Source of the DNA: Eledone cirrhosa
Lineage: Eukaryota
Assembly (NCBI GenBank): GCA_964016885.1
Contig: OZ024741.1
Location: 215,760,001 to 215,824,000 of the forward strand
Length of the DNA stretch: 64,000 nt
Direction of reading: 5' to 3'
Both the position numbers and the translations under genes were made by a program. Below are positions 29,295 through 43,669 of the stretch, in pieces (the stretch's first letter is position 1; each line of letters opens with the position of its first letter). The notes beneath the pieces were generated by a model that ran no database searches, was not told where the DNA came from, and worked only from the letters and a program-made list of their open reading frames with translations.

Positions 29295-29995
29295 GACGAT
29301 AACTAGGAAGACATGGCCTTATATCGATCATCTTGGAGGAAAACAGTATTTAATGGAAAACAGAGCTTTGAAAAATGTTGTGTGGAGCCGGTAAAATTAA
29401 GGAGGGTCTGCGTAAGGTTCTGCACAATATTATTTTAACTAGATTGACAAGGGGCGGTGAATTGGCAGTATTGGTAGAGGGTCAGACATGCTTCCCAGCG
29501 TAGTTACGTCCCTTTACGATCTGAGTTCAAATACCACCAAGGTTAATTTGCCTTTCATCCTTACAGGGTCGAAAAAATAAAGTACCAGTAATACACTGGT
29601 TAATTGCTGGCCTTGTGCCAAAAGTAGAAACAATTATTTTAACTGGATTGTTTCTACTTTTGGCACAAGGTCAGCAATTATCCCAGTGTAATAAAGTACC
29701 AGTAATACACTGGGATAATTGCTGGCCTTGTGCTAAAAGTAGAAACAATTATTTTAACTGGATTTTTATATGCTCGAAAAGACTTCGTGACCAACGAACG
29801 TGGCCATGTACAAAATGTTCTTGACAATTATGGTCTCTTTGACATTTCTTCCTGTCAGGAGTGTGGAAAACAATGTGCCTCGATCGGTGGACTCTGGCGT
29901 TATATGAAAGCTCACCTAAACAGATCAGGGAACCAGAGTGTGGGTAACTTTCATTACTGCTGGATTTGTAAAAAACAATGTAAATCCTTGGAAGT
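29295..29995 (+). mobile_element. RTE-like LINE C-terminal relic with C2H2 fingers, split by SINE insertions (29450-29750)
   Basis: *EDMALYRSSWRKTVFNGKQSFEK...KLRR before the SINEs and CQECGKQCASIGGLWRYMKAH...CWICKKQCKS after them. attattttaactRgatt is repeated at 29429, 29633 and 29748. Confidence 0.7.
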
Positions 29996-30079
29996 GCTCG
30001 TGTACATATGTATTTATTTATGTATGTATGCTTGTATCTATGTTATTCTGGTTTTATTATTTTATAAATGTTTCTATTG

Positions 30080-30500
30080 GGGCGGTGGATTGGCAGTATC
30101 AGTAGAGGGTCGGACACCATGCTTTGAAGCATAGTTACGTCTCTTTATGATCTGAGTTCAAATCCCGCCGAGGTTAACTTTGCCTTTCATCCTTACGGGG
30201 TCGATAAAATAAAGTACCAGTAATGTACTGGATAATTGCTGGCCTTGTGCCTAAAATAGAAACAATTATTTTATAAATGTTTAGGGTGGTGGATTGGCAT
30301 ATCGGTAGAGGGTTGGACGCCATGCTTTGCAGCATAGAGTTACACCCCTTTACGGTCAAATGCCGCCGAGGTTAACTTTGTTTTTCCTCCTTACGGGGTC
30401 GATAAAATAAAGCACCAGTAACATACTGGGTCGATTTAATCGACTTTCTCCTCTCCCCAAATTACTGGCCTTGTGCCTATAGTAGAAATCATTATTTTAT
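30080..30500 (+). mobile_element. Two tandem SINEs
   Basis: Same family as 20.3 kb. ttttataaatgtt recurs at the borders. Confidence 0.9.
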
Positions 30501-30839
30501 AAATGTTCACCAATAGAAACAAGACCCTTTCATCCGAATTTAGGCAAACTCGACAAACAAGTATGTAGGTCTGTGTGCGTTTGTATGTACGTGTGTGTGT
30601 ATGTCTGTGTATGTGTGTGTGTGTGTGTGTGTATGCAGGTATGTATGTTATTGAATGCGTAGCTTTGTATCTTATTACTTATGTGTACACGTATGTTTCT
30701 GTAGCTATACAAGTGTATATGCAGTTATCACTTGTAGGATTTCTGAAATATTTTACATATTATTACAATTCTATTAATGGTCTGTACTTGCAGCAATTTC
30801 CTAACTAGCTGTCCTCTTGATAGTTCTGTGAATCACAAT

Positions 30840-31985
30840 ACCTCAATACTTGTACTGAGGCAGTTAGTAGCATACCCAAGAATCACAATGATCTGATGTA
30901 CAAATTTAAATCTATAGTCAGATTTTTCAGATTTCTCATTAGTTGAACATGTTCTCTCCTTTTCACTTTTAGCATTATATTGACATCTGCTAGGAAGCTG
31001 ATTTCCACTATTGTGCATGCTTTCTTTCTTCTGTCGCATATCACTATGCCTGGTCTATATTTAACTTTTATTAGGATTTTGACTGGAATATCATATCATA
31101 TATCCATATGCCCTCCACATCATTGTTACTTTTGATACTTTAATTCACAAGATTATCATTTCTACGGATTGCATTATTTGGCCAATACACAGTGCCTCAA
31201 ATATGTAGATAGTATCGTGATTACAGCTTTGGACAGTTGCTTATTGCGTGGATGACACCCTCGATGTTAATTCCGAAAAGTCTTCATCTGTGTTAAATCT
31301 CGTTGTTTTAGCTGCTTTCCTATCGCATCAAGTATTTCGTCATTATTCCTTCAAAGTATATCTTTCAAAGTGCGATCCAATATACAGATTTATGGTCCAA
31401 GATAAACTACTTTGCTTATTATCCTTACTTTGAAGCTTTCTGGAAACATAGCCATACATGATGTTTTACAGATAAGTATGCAAATTGTATTGCGGTATTT
31501 CTGTGCAGTTTCCCTGGGTGTGAGATTTTGATTATCATGCAGGGAGTATTTCTCAAAGAGCCCCTCCCCAACTTTCATGATGTTATACGCCTCATGATTG
31601 ACAGAATTGTCCTATAGATAGGCTTCTACGTTTGGTACTTCGTAGATGTTGTCAGTGGGATATGAGGAGATACTAAATACTGTTTGGATTGAGGTTAAGC
31701 CTCTGCTTCTCTGAGTACGTTTCGGGTAGAGGGGGGTCTATGCTAATGACGGTGTGAACATTTCTGTTGCCGTTTAAAACTGTTCGAGTTTTAACCGGTG
31801 TAACAGTTAAGCCATTGATAAAGATATTGTTAGACTGGCTTGTAGGTTTTCCTCGTTTTACCATCATATATGAACATTTATGCTGGCAAAACTCAATTCC
31901 TATATATTTCGAGAACGTCAGAACAAGTTCAACGTTTCTCTTCATACCGTTTATTCTTGCGTGAAATAGTCTGGTCTTCCTAAAA
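30840..31985 (-). mobile_element. Heavily decayed R4/Dong-like non-LTR element (late RT, zinc knuckle, restriction-like endonuclease)
   Basis: Minus-strand peptides LVLTFSKYIGIEFCQHKCSYMMVKRGK (late RT), EGVIHAISNCPKL*SRYY (knuckle) and KYRPGIVICDRRKKACTIVEISFLADVN (RPD..D..E-type REL). Confidence 0.7.
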
Positions 31986-32877
31986 CAAGCTATACTTGTA
32001 TGTATGTATGTATATATGTAAGCCTGTTTCACGTTCCAGCAAAGAGCAGGGTAAGCACTGTCCTGATGCATATACAGTTGACCCCGCTGCTTCTGCTGGA
32101 ATCCGCTAGACGGCGCTAGCCTTCAGCCTTTCAATATTCATAGCTAGGATTTCCAAATGTTTATTTATTAACCACACCGTATACCATTAGATACACGAAA
32201 TTCACATAATGTAGAAGAGTTAAAATTGACTTCAACAACGCGAGCAGAAACTCAAGGGGAGGGGGTTTATTCTAACCAGGGCAATGATATCGTGAACATA
32301 TATCGCGGAGATTGCTGATGCCCAGTCTCCCCGTGTCACCTCTATTCCCTCAGGTGTCGCGGCAAACAGGTCACCCGCAACAATAAACCCACGAACTGGA
32401 ATGGCTATTTCAAATTGTCTCCCTCGCTGTCATGCGGAGTAGCTCTTTGTCCATTATGTCCGCTAGGACCTGAATGCGGCGTGCGCCTGGAGTTCTCTAC
32501 ATCAGAAAGTGTTTTCCCGCACTGAGTGGGCTGGTATCATTAGGGGTAGTGATGATATAGATTACAGATTGTTGTTAGACCTTTCAGTGTAAATTCAAAA
32601 TGGTTGAACTGGATTCTATGTTTTGCAATTTTCCACACAGCGAAAGCTTCTGTGAAAGACGAATGGCTTTAAACCTGTGACGTCAGTGCAATAATGGAGG
32701 AAATTTATGTTCTGATCTCGAAAGCTCAATGAAAACTAAACAACATATCTATTTGACTTCCGGTTTATCTTTGTCGGCGACGAGTAAAAGAGAGCTGTAA
32801 AATCCATTTGCTACTACGAAGCAACAGCTATTAACATGAAAGTACAGATGGAAACCAATTACACAAACACACACACG

Positions 32878-32915
<38 letters not shown>

Positions 32916-33048
32916 AATATATAAACATATAAATGTACATATATACTCACCTGTATATATATATTTATAAATATATAAATGTACATATATACTCACCTTT
33001 ATATATATATATATATATATATAACTTTATATATATATATATATATAC

Positions 33049-33118
<70 letters not shown>

Positions 33119-33153
33119 ATATATATAAAGGTATATATATATATATATTAAGG

Positions 33154-33186
<33 letters not shown>

Positions 33187-33226
33187 AGGTATATATAAAT
33201 ATATATATAAAGGTATATATATATAT

Positions 33227-33299
<73 letters not shown>

Positions 33300-33351
33300 T
33301 ATATATATATATAAAGTTATATATATATATATAAAGGTATCTATATATATA

Positions 33352-33405
<54 letters not shown>

Positions 33406-33815
33406 TGTATGGGTTTCTACATACATCAGATTTACGTCTGCGTCAGTCAGGAACGGATGTTGGATTCTTTTAAGTGTGTATAGTTTTGTCTATTTAAACT
33501 TGTATATCAAATAATCAGAGTAGCGTGTTTCTGTGAAGATAGCTACAACATCATGAATAGATAATGGAATGCCAGATTTCTCTATTTCGCTCTCTCTTGA
33601 AACATTCATATGTCCTCTTCTCACTGTTCTGTCTGTCTATTTATCTACGAGCATCTGTAGTATTATATAGTGAAATCTATATAAAAGTATCTCACTCTCT
33701 CTCTCTCTCTCTCTGTTAAATCTGCACTACTCTACTGCGACAACAACGCTATGGCAGATAACGGCTGCCATATTTTATCTAACAAATGTATCTGTAAATT
33801 GAATATGTATGTCAG

Positions 33816-33873
<58 letters not shown>

Positions 33874-33925
33874 TGTCTGTGTACACATATATACATGCTA
33901 TATACTATTATTAGTAGTAGTATTA

Positions 33926-33979
<54 letters not shown>

Positions 33980-34530
33980 ATCAAAAGATGGTTAAAAGAG
34001 TTCCATGTATTTTATTATGTGCATTTCAAAAACAAATATCATCATGGGATGATATTTGCGTTCTCATCAGATAAAATAGGGAGACATGATATGAAGCTTA
34101 AAAAACACTTGCGCGCAGTGAAGTGTTAAATCAACACATGAAAAATAAAGTAAGATGGATATATGAGATTGGGAAAAAAAAGGAGGGGCGGGGAGAAAAG
34201 GTAAGGAAGAGGAAGAAAGAAAATAGAGGATGACGGGGGAGGAGTATAAGAAGGAAGGATGAGAGATGAGGAGAAATGAGTGAGAGAGAGAGATAGCCTT
34301 TAAAACTGAGAAAACACTGTCTCACAGAGAGAAATAAAAAAAAAAACGTTTTAAGATAATAGATAGTTTAAAAAGGTCTTGAAATTAAAAGTTAATGAGG
34401 TTTATGAATGGTGATGTTTATGATTAAAGAAAAAGGAATTAAGAATAGTATTTATTTAAGGTTTATATATTGAAGGGTTTAATATGTGCGAAAAAAAGAA
34501 TTTATTAATATGTATTATTAAAATAAAAAA

Positions 34531-35305
34531 TATTGTTATACTTTGGGAGGGTCATGTTGCTAATAAGAAACACACGCACCAGTTGCTTTCACTTCAATTT
34601 ATTATAATAAATTTATAATAAATTTATAAGTTTATAAATTTCTGGTTGGTTGGTTAGTTCCACAACCAGATAGTTGTTTATATATAGTCATAGTTCTTTC
34701 GTCACACACTCTGTGACCTCTTCAGTGACTGGGGATTCCTTTCTTTGTTTCTGTGCCTCTCCTTTGTTCTGTCCTACGCCATTTTGTTTCTGTGCCTCTC
34801 CTTTGTTCTGTCCTACGCCATTTTGTTTCTGTGTGTGTGTTGAGTGCTCAGTCTGCGCATGCGCCACATCCGGGTGTCTGTGTGTGTTTATGTTCATTTA
34901 TTTATTTGTTTATTTACATGTTACTGGTTGGTTGTTTGTTCTATGTGTGTGTGTGTGTTTTCATTTTGTCCTTAATTGTAAGTTGTGATGTTGCTGTTCC
35001 ACTCATATTTTCTATTTAATTTTGGTTGTAATTCTTTTATGTTTATTGCCTCTGTAATTTGTCTAAACATTGCGTCTTTTCTGTGTGTAGATTCTATTTT
35101 TATTTCTATGTTCTCTAATTTACCCTTGTGTTCTATTTTAGCATGTTGGTAGAGTACAGATGATTCTTTACTATCTTGAAGGTCTCGCCAGTGTTCATTT
35201 ATCCGTTCCCCTACACTACGAGCTGTCTCACCTATGTACACTATATTTTTGTCTCTACATTGTCCTTCAGTACATCTGATGCTAAACAAATTCAGAAACG
35301 AAATA
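34531..35305 (-). mobile_element. Penelope-like element 3' fragment (GIY-YIG end plus pLTR) capped by a short inverted tail piece
   Basis: ORF 34972-35289. HHR at 34686-34730, a 39-bp tandem duplication in the pLTR, and inverted gctaaacaaattcagaaacgaaata at 35281. Confidence 0.92.
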
Positions 35306-35899
35306 AAATAAAAAAATTAAGGATATAAGGTGAATGAAGGAGAGATTAAATGAATTATGAACTTAGAGGAATTAGTTAGGTTTTCAGTTTGTTTTTATGT
35401 ATTGTAATATGTAAAAGTAAATAATAGGTTTAATACGAGCACAGAAGGAGAGAAGAAAGAAGAAAATTTAAGGAAGAAAAAAAATATAACGTCAAAATAT
35501 ATATATGTTTACAAAATTTACTAATGGTAATATTAGTATATATTAAAAATATAGTTTGTATGGCCAAGAATATAAGGAAAAAGGAAAATGCTATAGTGAG
35601 TAATAATATGAATTAAGAAGTAATTGAGAAGTAAAAGTTACAGATTAAAGATTAGAAATTAAAAAAGAAAAAAAGGAAGAAAGGAAAAAGGATAAAAAAG
35701 AAGAAAGATAGGGGACCGCTAACGACATAGAATGAGTAAATTGTATAATATAATATACTTAAATAAGGTAGAAAGATGGGTATATTTGTAAAAGATATAA
35801 AAGCGTTTGAGAAAAGATTTTAAACTAATTAGCTATTGAGATATTAGCTGTATACTTTATGGAAAGTTCTATAGGATTTATGCAAGCAAAGCGAAAATA

Positions 35900-36260
35900 A
35901 ATCCGTACGTCTATTCATTATAGAATTAAAATTAGAGATAATGGTAGAGATTACAAGTTCTGGATAGGGAAGAATTCCGGTAAGGAAAGGCGTTGCAAAC
36001 CTTCCTCCAAGAGATGTTGTAGTTAATATTTTTGTCTTTTAAGGACCATATGAGTTCCGAGAGTGCCGTGTTAGTTCTTTTAAGTTGGTATTTAAAAGAC
36101 GAATTGTGATTATAAAATCTTGCTTTAAAGGAAGTGGAACCAGAATAGGTAAAAGAATTAGTACCAGTTATAACCTTACATTCATACACTAAATTTTTAT
36201 CAAGACATTGGTTATTAAGAGGACATTTAGTTCTAACAGGGCAATTACAATTACGATTTT
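35900..36260 (-). mobile_element. Second PLE family: GIY-YIG endonuclease fragment
   Basis: NCNCPVRTKCPLNNQCLDKNLVYECKV...YSGST..FKARFYNHNSSF...TALSELIWSLK...CNL. Confidence 0.85.
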
Positions 36261-36395
36261 GGTATTTTCTTCGTGGTTATAAGGGGCTTAGCTCTGTTTC
36301 TCGACCGTTATATCGCGTGACTATCTCCCCCTCCGCCTTTTGGGATTCTTTCGCACGTCGTGTAGACGCGTTCTTGAGACTAGTAAAATGAGGTA

Positions 36396-36483
36396 TCCTC
36401 TTGATAAGTCGGCAGACCTCGCAAGGACTCTATATCTTTGATATATTGTTTTTGTTTATGCCACGAAACTACGTAGTCGAGGA
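36396..36483 (+). ncRNA. Type I hammerhead, U3-A8 core variant, extended stem II
   Basis: UCCUC-UUGAUAA-GUcGGCA...UGCCAC-GAAA-CUacguAG-UC/GAGGA. Confidence 0.8.
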
Positions 36484-36986
36484 ATTTAGGAACAGTTTAG
36501 GTATGATACATTTTATTACTAATTATATCTAAATGTTTCTTCTCTCTTCATAATGTATTTTTAACTCTGATACTGGTTCAGTCTAGTTCAAACTGAATTG
36601 GTCTGTCCCAGTCATTCATTGAGCAACATCGGTGAAGTTGGCACCCTTAACTCACAGTTGGGTGCGGATGCATTCATGTATATATGTGTGTGTCCGCATG
36701 TATCTGTGTGTTTCTAAATATATTAATAACTCCCTCTGGTCGAGCAATCTTTGAAGTGTGGGGACAACTGGAAAGCTTCCATTACTCATACTTCTCGCCT
36801 TCTTCACTACCTCTTCTACGGCCTCGATATGAATACCCCCTCCGCCTCCGTGGTATTTTCTTCGTGGTTATAAGAGGCTTAGCTCTGTTTCTCGACCGTT
36901 ATATCGCGTGACTATCTCCCCCTCCGCCTTTTGGGATTCTTTCTCACGTCGTGTAGACGCGTTCTTGAGACTAGTAAAATGAAGTA

Positions 36987-37074
36987 TCCTCTTGATAAGT
37001 CGGCAGACCTCGCAAGGACTCTATATCTTTGATATATTGTTTTTGTTTATGCCACGAAACTACGTAGTCGAGGA
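36987..37074 (+). ncRNA. Type I hammerhead, U3-A8 core variant (second copy)
   Basis: Identical to 36396-36483. Confidence 0.8.
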
Positions 37075-37305
37075 ATTTAGGAACAGTTTAGGTATGATAC
37101 ATTTTATTACTAATTATATCTAAATGTTTCTTCTCTCTTCATAATATATTTTTAACTCTGATACTGGTTCAGTCTAGTTCAAACTGATTTGGTCTGTCCC
37201 AGTCATTCATTGAGCAACATCGGTGAAGTGGGCACCCTTAACTCACAGTTGGGTGCGGATGCATTCATGTATATATGTGTGTGTCCGCATGTATCTGTGT
37301 GTTTC

Positions 37306-37477
<172 letters not shown>

Positions 37478-37531
37478 ACTAAACACACCTATCTATTTCA
37501 ATAATAGTATGTATGTATACATACATATATA

Positions 37532-37865
37532 TCTATATATCTAAAACAGAGAATGTCTGTCTGTCTGTCCGTCCGATCACTAAAACTCGAGAACCACCCA
37601 ACCCATTGTTTTCAAACTTTACACATGTAATACTTATGGTCCTGTGAGTCTTTTGAGCAAAAGATACTTCGAATTTTCAATGCCCTAGGGACCGCATTAG
37701 GCGATTTAGCGATGTCTCTCTATAATTCCTAGTCTTTCTCTTTTTAGATAGATACATAGATATAACGATGCACCCTTATAATATATGTCTGTATGCTTGG
37801 CTGTCTGCATTACGACATTATGACGTAGCTGTATGTGTGTGTGTGTATATATATGTGTATATAGC

Positions 37866-37896
<31 letters not shown>

Positions 37897-38186
37897 GTAT
37901 GTAACGTTTTTCGAAATATTTACTTCTGCGTTCACAGATTGATTTTTTTTAGTTTCAGAAGATCCCGTTAAGGGTGAAAGCAGCGATTCTTTGCTTAAAC
38001 TCTAATCTGTTACTTTAATATAGATATAGATATATAATTATATATTCGTGTACAGATATGTTTGCATACACAATAACAAAATATATACAAACGTATTTAT
38101 TTCACGAGGCTCGATAAGGATAACTATATATCAAATATTTAAGAACCCTAGAGCAAATCCCGAGCAACGCCGGGCCATTCTGCTAG
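37532..38186 (+). mobile_element. Non-autonomous Helitron (second family)
   Basis: A|TCTATATATCTAAAA, then (GTCT)n, and a 3' end CCCGagcaacgcCGGG ccattctg CTAG|T. Carries a nested HHR fragment at about 37950-38020. Confidence 0.8.
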
Positions 38187-38385
38187 TATACAACTATATT
38201 TCAATAATAGTATGTATGTATCTATACATATATATATACAACTATATTTCAATAATAGTATGTATGTATACATATATATATACAACTATATTTCAATAAT
38301 AAGATACATATATTTATATATATATATATATAAATGAAAAGTTATACATATATATATATACATATATATATATATAAAGTTATAC

Positions 38386-38422
<37 letters not shown>

Positions 38423-38438
38423 AATGAAAAGTTATACA

Positions 38439-38474
<36 letters not shown>

Positions 38475-38483
38475 AAGTTATAC

Positions 38484-38514
<31 letters not shown>

Positions 38515-38515
38515 C

Positions 38516-38546
<31 letters not shown>

Positions 38547-38550
38547 AAGT

Positions 38551-38581
<31 letters not shown>

Positions 38582-38633
38582 AAATATATATATATATATA
38601 TATGCATATATATATATATATATATATAAAGTT

Positions 38634-38688
<55 letters not shown>

Positions 38689-40279
38689 TAGATAGATAGA
38701 TATATTATATATATATATATATTATATTTCTATCAATTCTACTACCCAATATAATTATTTCTTACATTTAATCCTTGCTTGGCTCACATATTCAGCCATT
38801 TTATAACTGTTTCCTATCTTTGAAATTCTAGAAACCCTTAGAATTCAGAAATGTAAACGAAAACATTATTCAGTGATATGATATAGCTGACATTGTAATA
38901 TGCTATATTATCATATGTTAATGATAAGATTTATCATATATTTTACCATTGTTAAATATGAAATTTCCATAAGCTATTAACTATATATAACAAGATTAAG
39001 TTAAAACTTGGAATTTCATTATAATTGCACTATATTCTATAATAGATTATATTTTTATGAATGAGCGCAGAATGGCGTTGTGGTTAAAGTGTTGGTTTTG
39101 TAACCACGTGGGTTCAGTGTTCACTTATGTGGCACTTTGGGTAAGTCTGGTTCTACTGTAAATTTGGAATTTTCGGTGTTTTGTGAGTATAATTAGCTAA
39201 CGTCGCCTTTTTATTATTATTTTATACTCTGCTTAGTACTACACCTCTATACTTACTGGAATCTACAGTAACTGGACATTACAACCCCTCCCCAATATAT
39301 ATAGTGCTATTAAATATTGATTAATTGGTAGTTGGGGTTGCGCTTTCATCACTCCAATCAATAAATAATGGTGTTTAGTAGGATCAAGCACACAGCGTCG
39401 TATGCATCTTTCCAATATCACCAAGGTAGTATATAACGGACTATACGTACAATGCGAAGTCTAATTTTCCATAATTCCTATTATTTCGTAATGTTCTGTA
39501 ATACGCATTTCTCTGGTGTCAGTCTTTATTACGCTGAGATACCATGACGCAATTATTGACACGACTTCTTCAGATAGCATTTTAGGTAGTACATGTTTTA
39601 TATAATGCATTACTTAGGTATACAGGCTAGTGACATGGAAACAAACTTGTGTTCGATGTTGCTAGGTTGTATTGCCTAAGAAATGCATTACATGAAAGAT
39701 TTATTACCTAATACATCAATAATATCGACAGTAGTTTATTTTTTCAAGCCAGGTAATTAATTAATCGATATGTTTTGTTGAGCTGCTACGTTACACGACA
39801 TTAACACAGACACACAAGACAGATGCAAACTAGCTCATATTCAACACACAGACACACAAACAGACACATACAGATATATATATAGAGAGAGACATATATA
39901 TAAATGTGTTGTGTGTGTGCGTGTGTTGTGTGTGTATGTGTACGTGTGTGTATGTTTTGTGTATGTTTGTGTGTGTGCGTGTGTGTGTGTGTGTAGGCGG
40001 CGAATAGGCAAATTCATTAGAACGTTAGATAGAATGCTTTCCGACGTCAACTTTGCTTTTCTTCCATTCCAACTCGATAAAAAAAGTTCCAGTCTAGTAC
40101 AGGGTTTGATTCTTCTTCTATATATTTTACCCTTACCTCCTCTCTCTCACTCTCTACCCTTCTCTTGAAGAAATCTGCTGGAGAGGGATGGGCTCCACCT
40201 GGTTTGAAAATACCCTAAAATTAAGGAACCGTGCATACATATATCCACTCCGTGCATACATATATATATATATATATAT

Positions 40280-40925
40280 CATGGTGAAAACTTGGACGGG
40301 AACAAAAACAGAGAGGCAGTACAAATAAAAGTTTATTATTGAGAGGGGGGGGACGTTTCGGGCGTAAGCCCTTCATCAGGAGAAAAGTGGGTAGGAAGAT
40401 GACCGGTGATCTGAAATCCATAGGTTGTGGTGGTCGGAAGTGGAGAGAGGTGGGGTGCATGCGCAACAGGAAGTGGTCAGAGGGTCAAGACGGAGTGAAG
40501 TGATAGCATTAGAGGAGAATGACAGGTGGAGAAATGGTCAGTGTATGGTGAGGACTGTGTGTCTGTGTGTGCGGAGGTGCGGTGGACAGGGGAGAGGATG
40601 GATAGGTGTGAAAGGTGGAGGGGGAAGGTGGTCATGTGGGGGGATGGGGTGTGTATTAGTAGAGGTGTTAGTGGGATGTGTGTGAAGGGGTGTAGGTGGA
40701 GATGGGAGAGGGAAGAGAAAAGGTGTTGGGGACGGAGGAGGGAGTGTAGTGTACTTGTGTGTGTGTGCGTGTTTGGATGAGTGTGTGTGGTAAAGGGGCT
40801 GTTAGTGGGTGTTAGTATACTGGTGGTGGGGAATTTGTGGATGCGGTTGTGTAAGTGGGGTTTAGTGGTGGTTGGGTGTGGGAGTGGATGGTGTATGTAG
40901 GTGTTTTTTTGTGTGTATGAAGGTG
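40280..40925 (-). mobile_element. PLE-type 3' UTR/pLTR with a minimal hammerhead motif at 40352-40379
   Basis: Minus strand CTGATGA-a-GGGC ttac GCCC-GAAACGTC followed by AATAAA. Stem I is not evident. Confidence 0.6.
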
Positions 40926-40926
40926 A

Positions 40927-41612
40927 TTGTTCATATATTGTCAAAGTTCTTTCGTCACACATTCTGTGACCTCTTCAGCTGCTAAAATAGAACATAAGGG
41001 TAAATTAGAGAACATAGAAATAAAAATAGAATCTACACACAGAAAAGACGCAATGTTTAGACAAATCACAGAGGCAATAAACATAAATGAACTCCAACCA
41101 AAATTAAATAGAAAACATGAATGGAACAGCAACATCACAACTTACAATTAAGGACAAAATGAAAACACACACACACACACATAGAACAAACAACCAACCA
41201 GTAACATGTAAATAAACAAATAAATAAACAAATATAAACACACAGACACCCGGATGTAACACATGCGCAAACTAAGCACACAACACACAAAAACAAGATG
41301 GCGTAGGACAGAACAAAGGAGAGGCACAAAAACAAAGAAAAGAATCCCCCAATCCCCAGTCACTGAAGAGGTCACAGAATGTGTGACGAAAGAACTTTGA
41401 CAATATATGAACAATCGTCTGGTTGTGGAACCAACCAACCAACCGGAAATTTATAAATTCCTAAATTTATAAATTTAATTCATAATAAATTGAAGTGAAA
41501 GCAACTGGTGCGTGTGTTTCTTATTGGCAACATGACCCAAAGTACAAAAATATCGGTTTCAACACACGTTTTCAGATAAAGAATCTTGCTAAACAAATTC
41601 AGAAACGAAATA
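40927..41612 (+). mobile_element. Penelope 3' fragment with an inverted pLTR piece (40927-40978) at its 5' end
   Basis: Encodes AKIEHKGKLENIEIK...NITTYN*. Intact HHR at 41359-41401. The inverted piece stops just past the CUGAAGA core. Confidence 0.92.
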
Positions 41613-41621
41613 TATATATAT

Positions 41622-41789
41622 ATAACGAAGGAAGTGTATTAAGGAACCAGATGGACCATAACGTACCAGTGTACTCAACACTTAGGGAAGTAGAGTGGGT
41701 AATAGGAACAAGTTTAACCCCACGGCAGAGCTCAAGCCGTTTCGAAATGGTTTAAACTCTGCCGTCGGGGTTAAACTTATTCCTATTAC

Positions 41790-41792
<3 letters not shown>
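41622..41792 (-). mobile_element. Palindromic half-hammerhead element
   Basis: Turns at TTTCGAAA. Mirror copy at 49645-49815. Confidence 0.85.
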
Positions 41793-41831
<39 letters not shown>

Positions 41832-41845
41832 GTGTTTGTATGTGT

Positions 41846-42020
<175 letters not shown>

Positions 42021-42440
42021 TGGAGGGTGAGAGATCAATACAAAGATAAAAAGAGAGAGCGGTGGATTGGTTGAGAGAGAAAAATGTTATTATTGTGAGG
42101 TAAAATATAACAGGGTCAAAAGGAGACAAGGTGGAAATCTGTGTAAATGAGAGAATGAGAGGGTGAGAGGAAGAGAGAAAGAGATACAGAGGAAGAATCA
42201 ACCACAGTATTTCCCTGTTACTTTTTATCCCTCTCGAAAGGGTGGAAGGCAAAAGCTCTCATCGAAGGGTTTCACATATTTATATACATAAAATATAATT
42301 TCATGTAAAATATAATTAAACGTAAAATATGATTAGATATATAGGAAAGATAGTAAATATTCTACAGTAGAACAATAATTTGAGAATTGTTACAATAGCA
42401 CAATGATTTCCTCACCAACAGATGTGTTTCAGTCGTTAAA

Positions 42441-42508
<68 letters not shown>

Positions 42509-42509
42509 A

Positions 42510-42583
<74 letters not shown>

Positions 42584-42979
42584 CTTTCTCTCCCTCTCCC
42601 CTCTCTCTCTCCCTCTCGCCCTCTCTCTCGCTCTCTCCCTATGTCTCTCTCTCTTTCGTGTCTCCTCCCTATTGAGGAGACGCCCATCGTTATAATTGTT
42701 ATTATTAAACCTCTTTCCAAGCAGACCAACACACACACACATACTCAATGGTTTTCCTGTGCCGTCCTTAATGTTTTCTTAATCTAAACCCTTTGTGTTT
42801 AATAAAGAAATCTGACACACATGGACACACATACACTGACACACACACATACACTTACACACACACACTTACACACACACACTGACACACACACACACAT
42901 ACTCAATGTTTTTCCTGTGCCGTCTTTAATGTTTTCCTAATTTAAATCCTTTGTGCTTAATAAAGAAATCATTATCATT

Positions 42980-43645
42980 ATTGGATTGGCAGTATCGGTA
43001 GAGGGTCAGACGCCATGCTTTGCAGCATAGAGTTACGACCCTTTACTATCTGAGTTCAAATCCCGCCGAAATTAACTTTGTCTTTCATCCTTACGGGATC
43101 GATAGAATAAAGTACCAGTAATGCACTGGGGTAATTGCTGTCAGTAGAAACAAAAGTAGAAACATTTATTATTATAAGCATTGGTGGATTGGCAATATCG
43201 GTAAAGCGTTGGACAACTTGCTTCTCAGCATAGAATTATGGCCCTTTACGTTCTGAGTTCAAATCACACTCAGGTTTGCTTTGTTTTTCATCCATACGTG
43301 GTCGATAAAATAAGGTACCTGTAACATACTGGGGCAGAATTTAATCGTCTTTCCCTTCCCCTTCAAAATGCTGTCCTTGTGCCTCTATCAGAAATCCTTA
43401 TCATTATAATCATCATGAGGGTGGTTGATTAGCAGTATCGGTAGAGGGTCGGTTGCCCTGCTTTGCAGCATAGAGTTACTCCCCTTTACGGTTTGAGTTC
43501 AAATCCCGCCGAGGTTAACTTTGCCTTTCATCCTTACGGGGTCGATAAAATAAAGTACCAGTGATGGACTGGGGTCGAATTAATCGTCTTTCCCTTCCCC
43601 TTCCAATTGCTGCCCTTGTGGCTATATAATAAATCCTTATCATTA
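42980..43645 (+). mobile_element. Three tandem SINEs
   Basis: Same family as 20.3 kb. Confidence 0.9.
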
Positions 43646-43669
43646 TAATCATCATGACCACCATCTTGG

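Noticed and set aside
29730-30134. Host C2H2 zinc-finger gene exon
   Set aside because: Continuous with the RTE C-terminus across a SINE insertion, has no TGEKP linkers, and a zinc-binding His is mutated.
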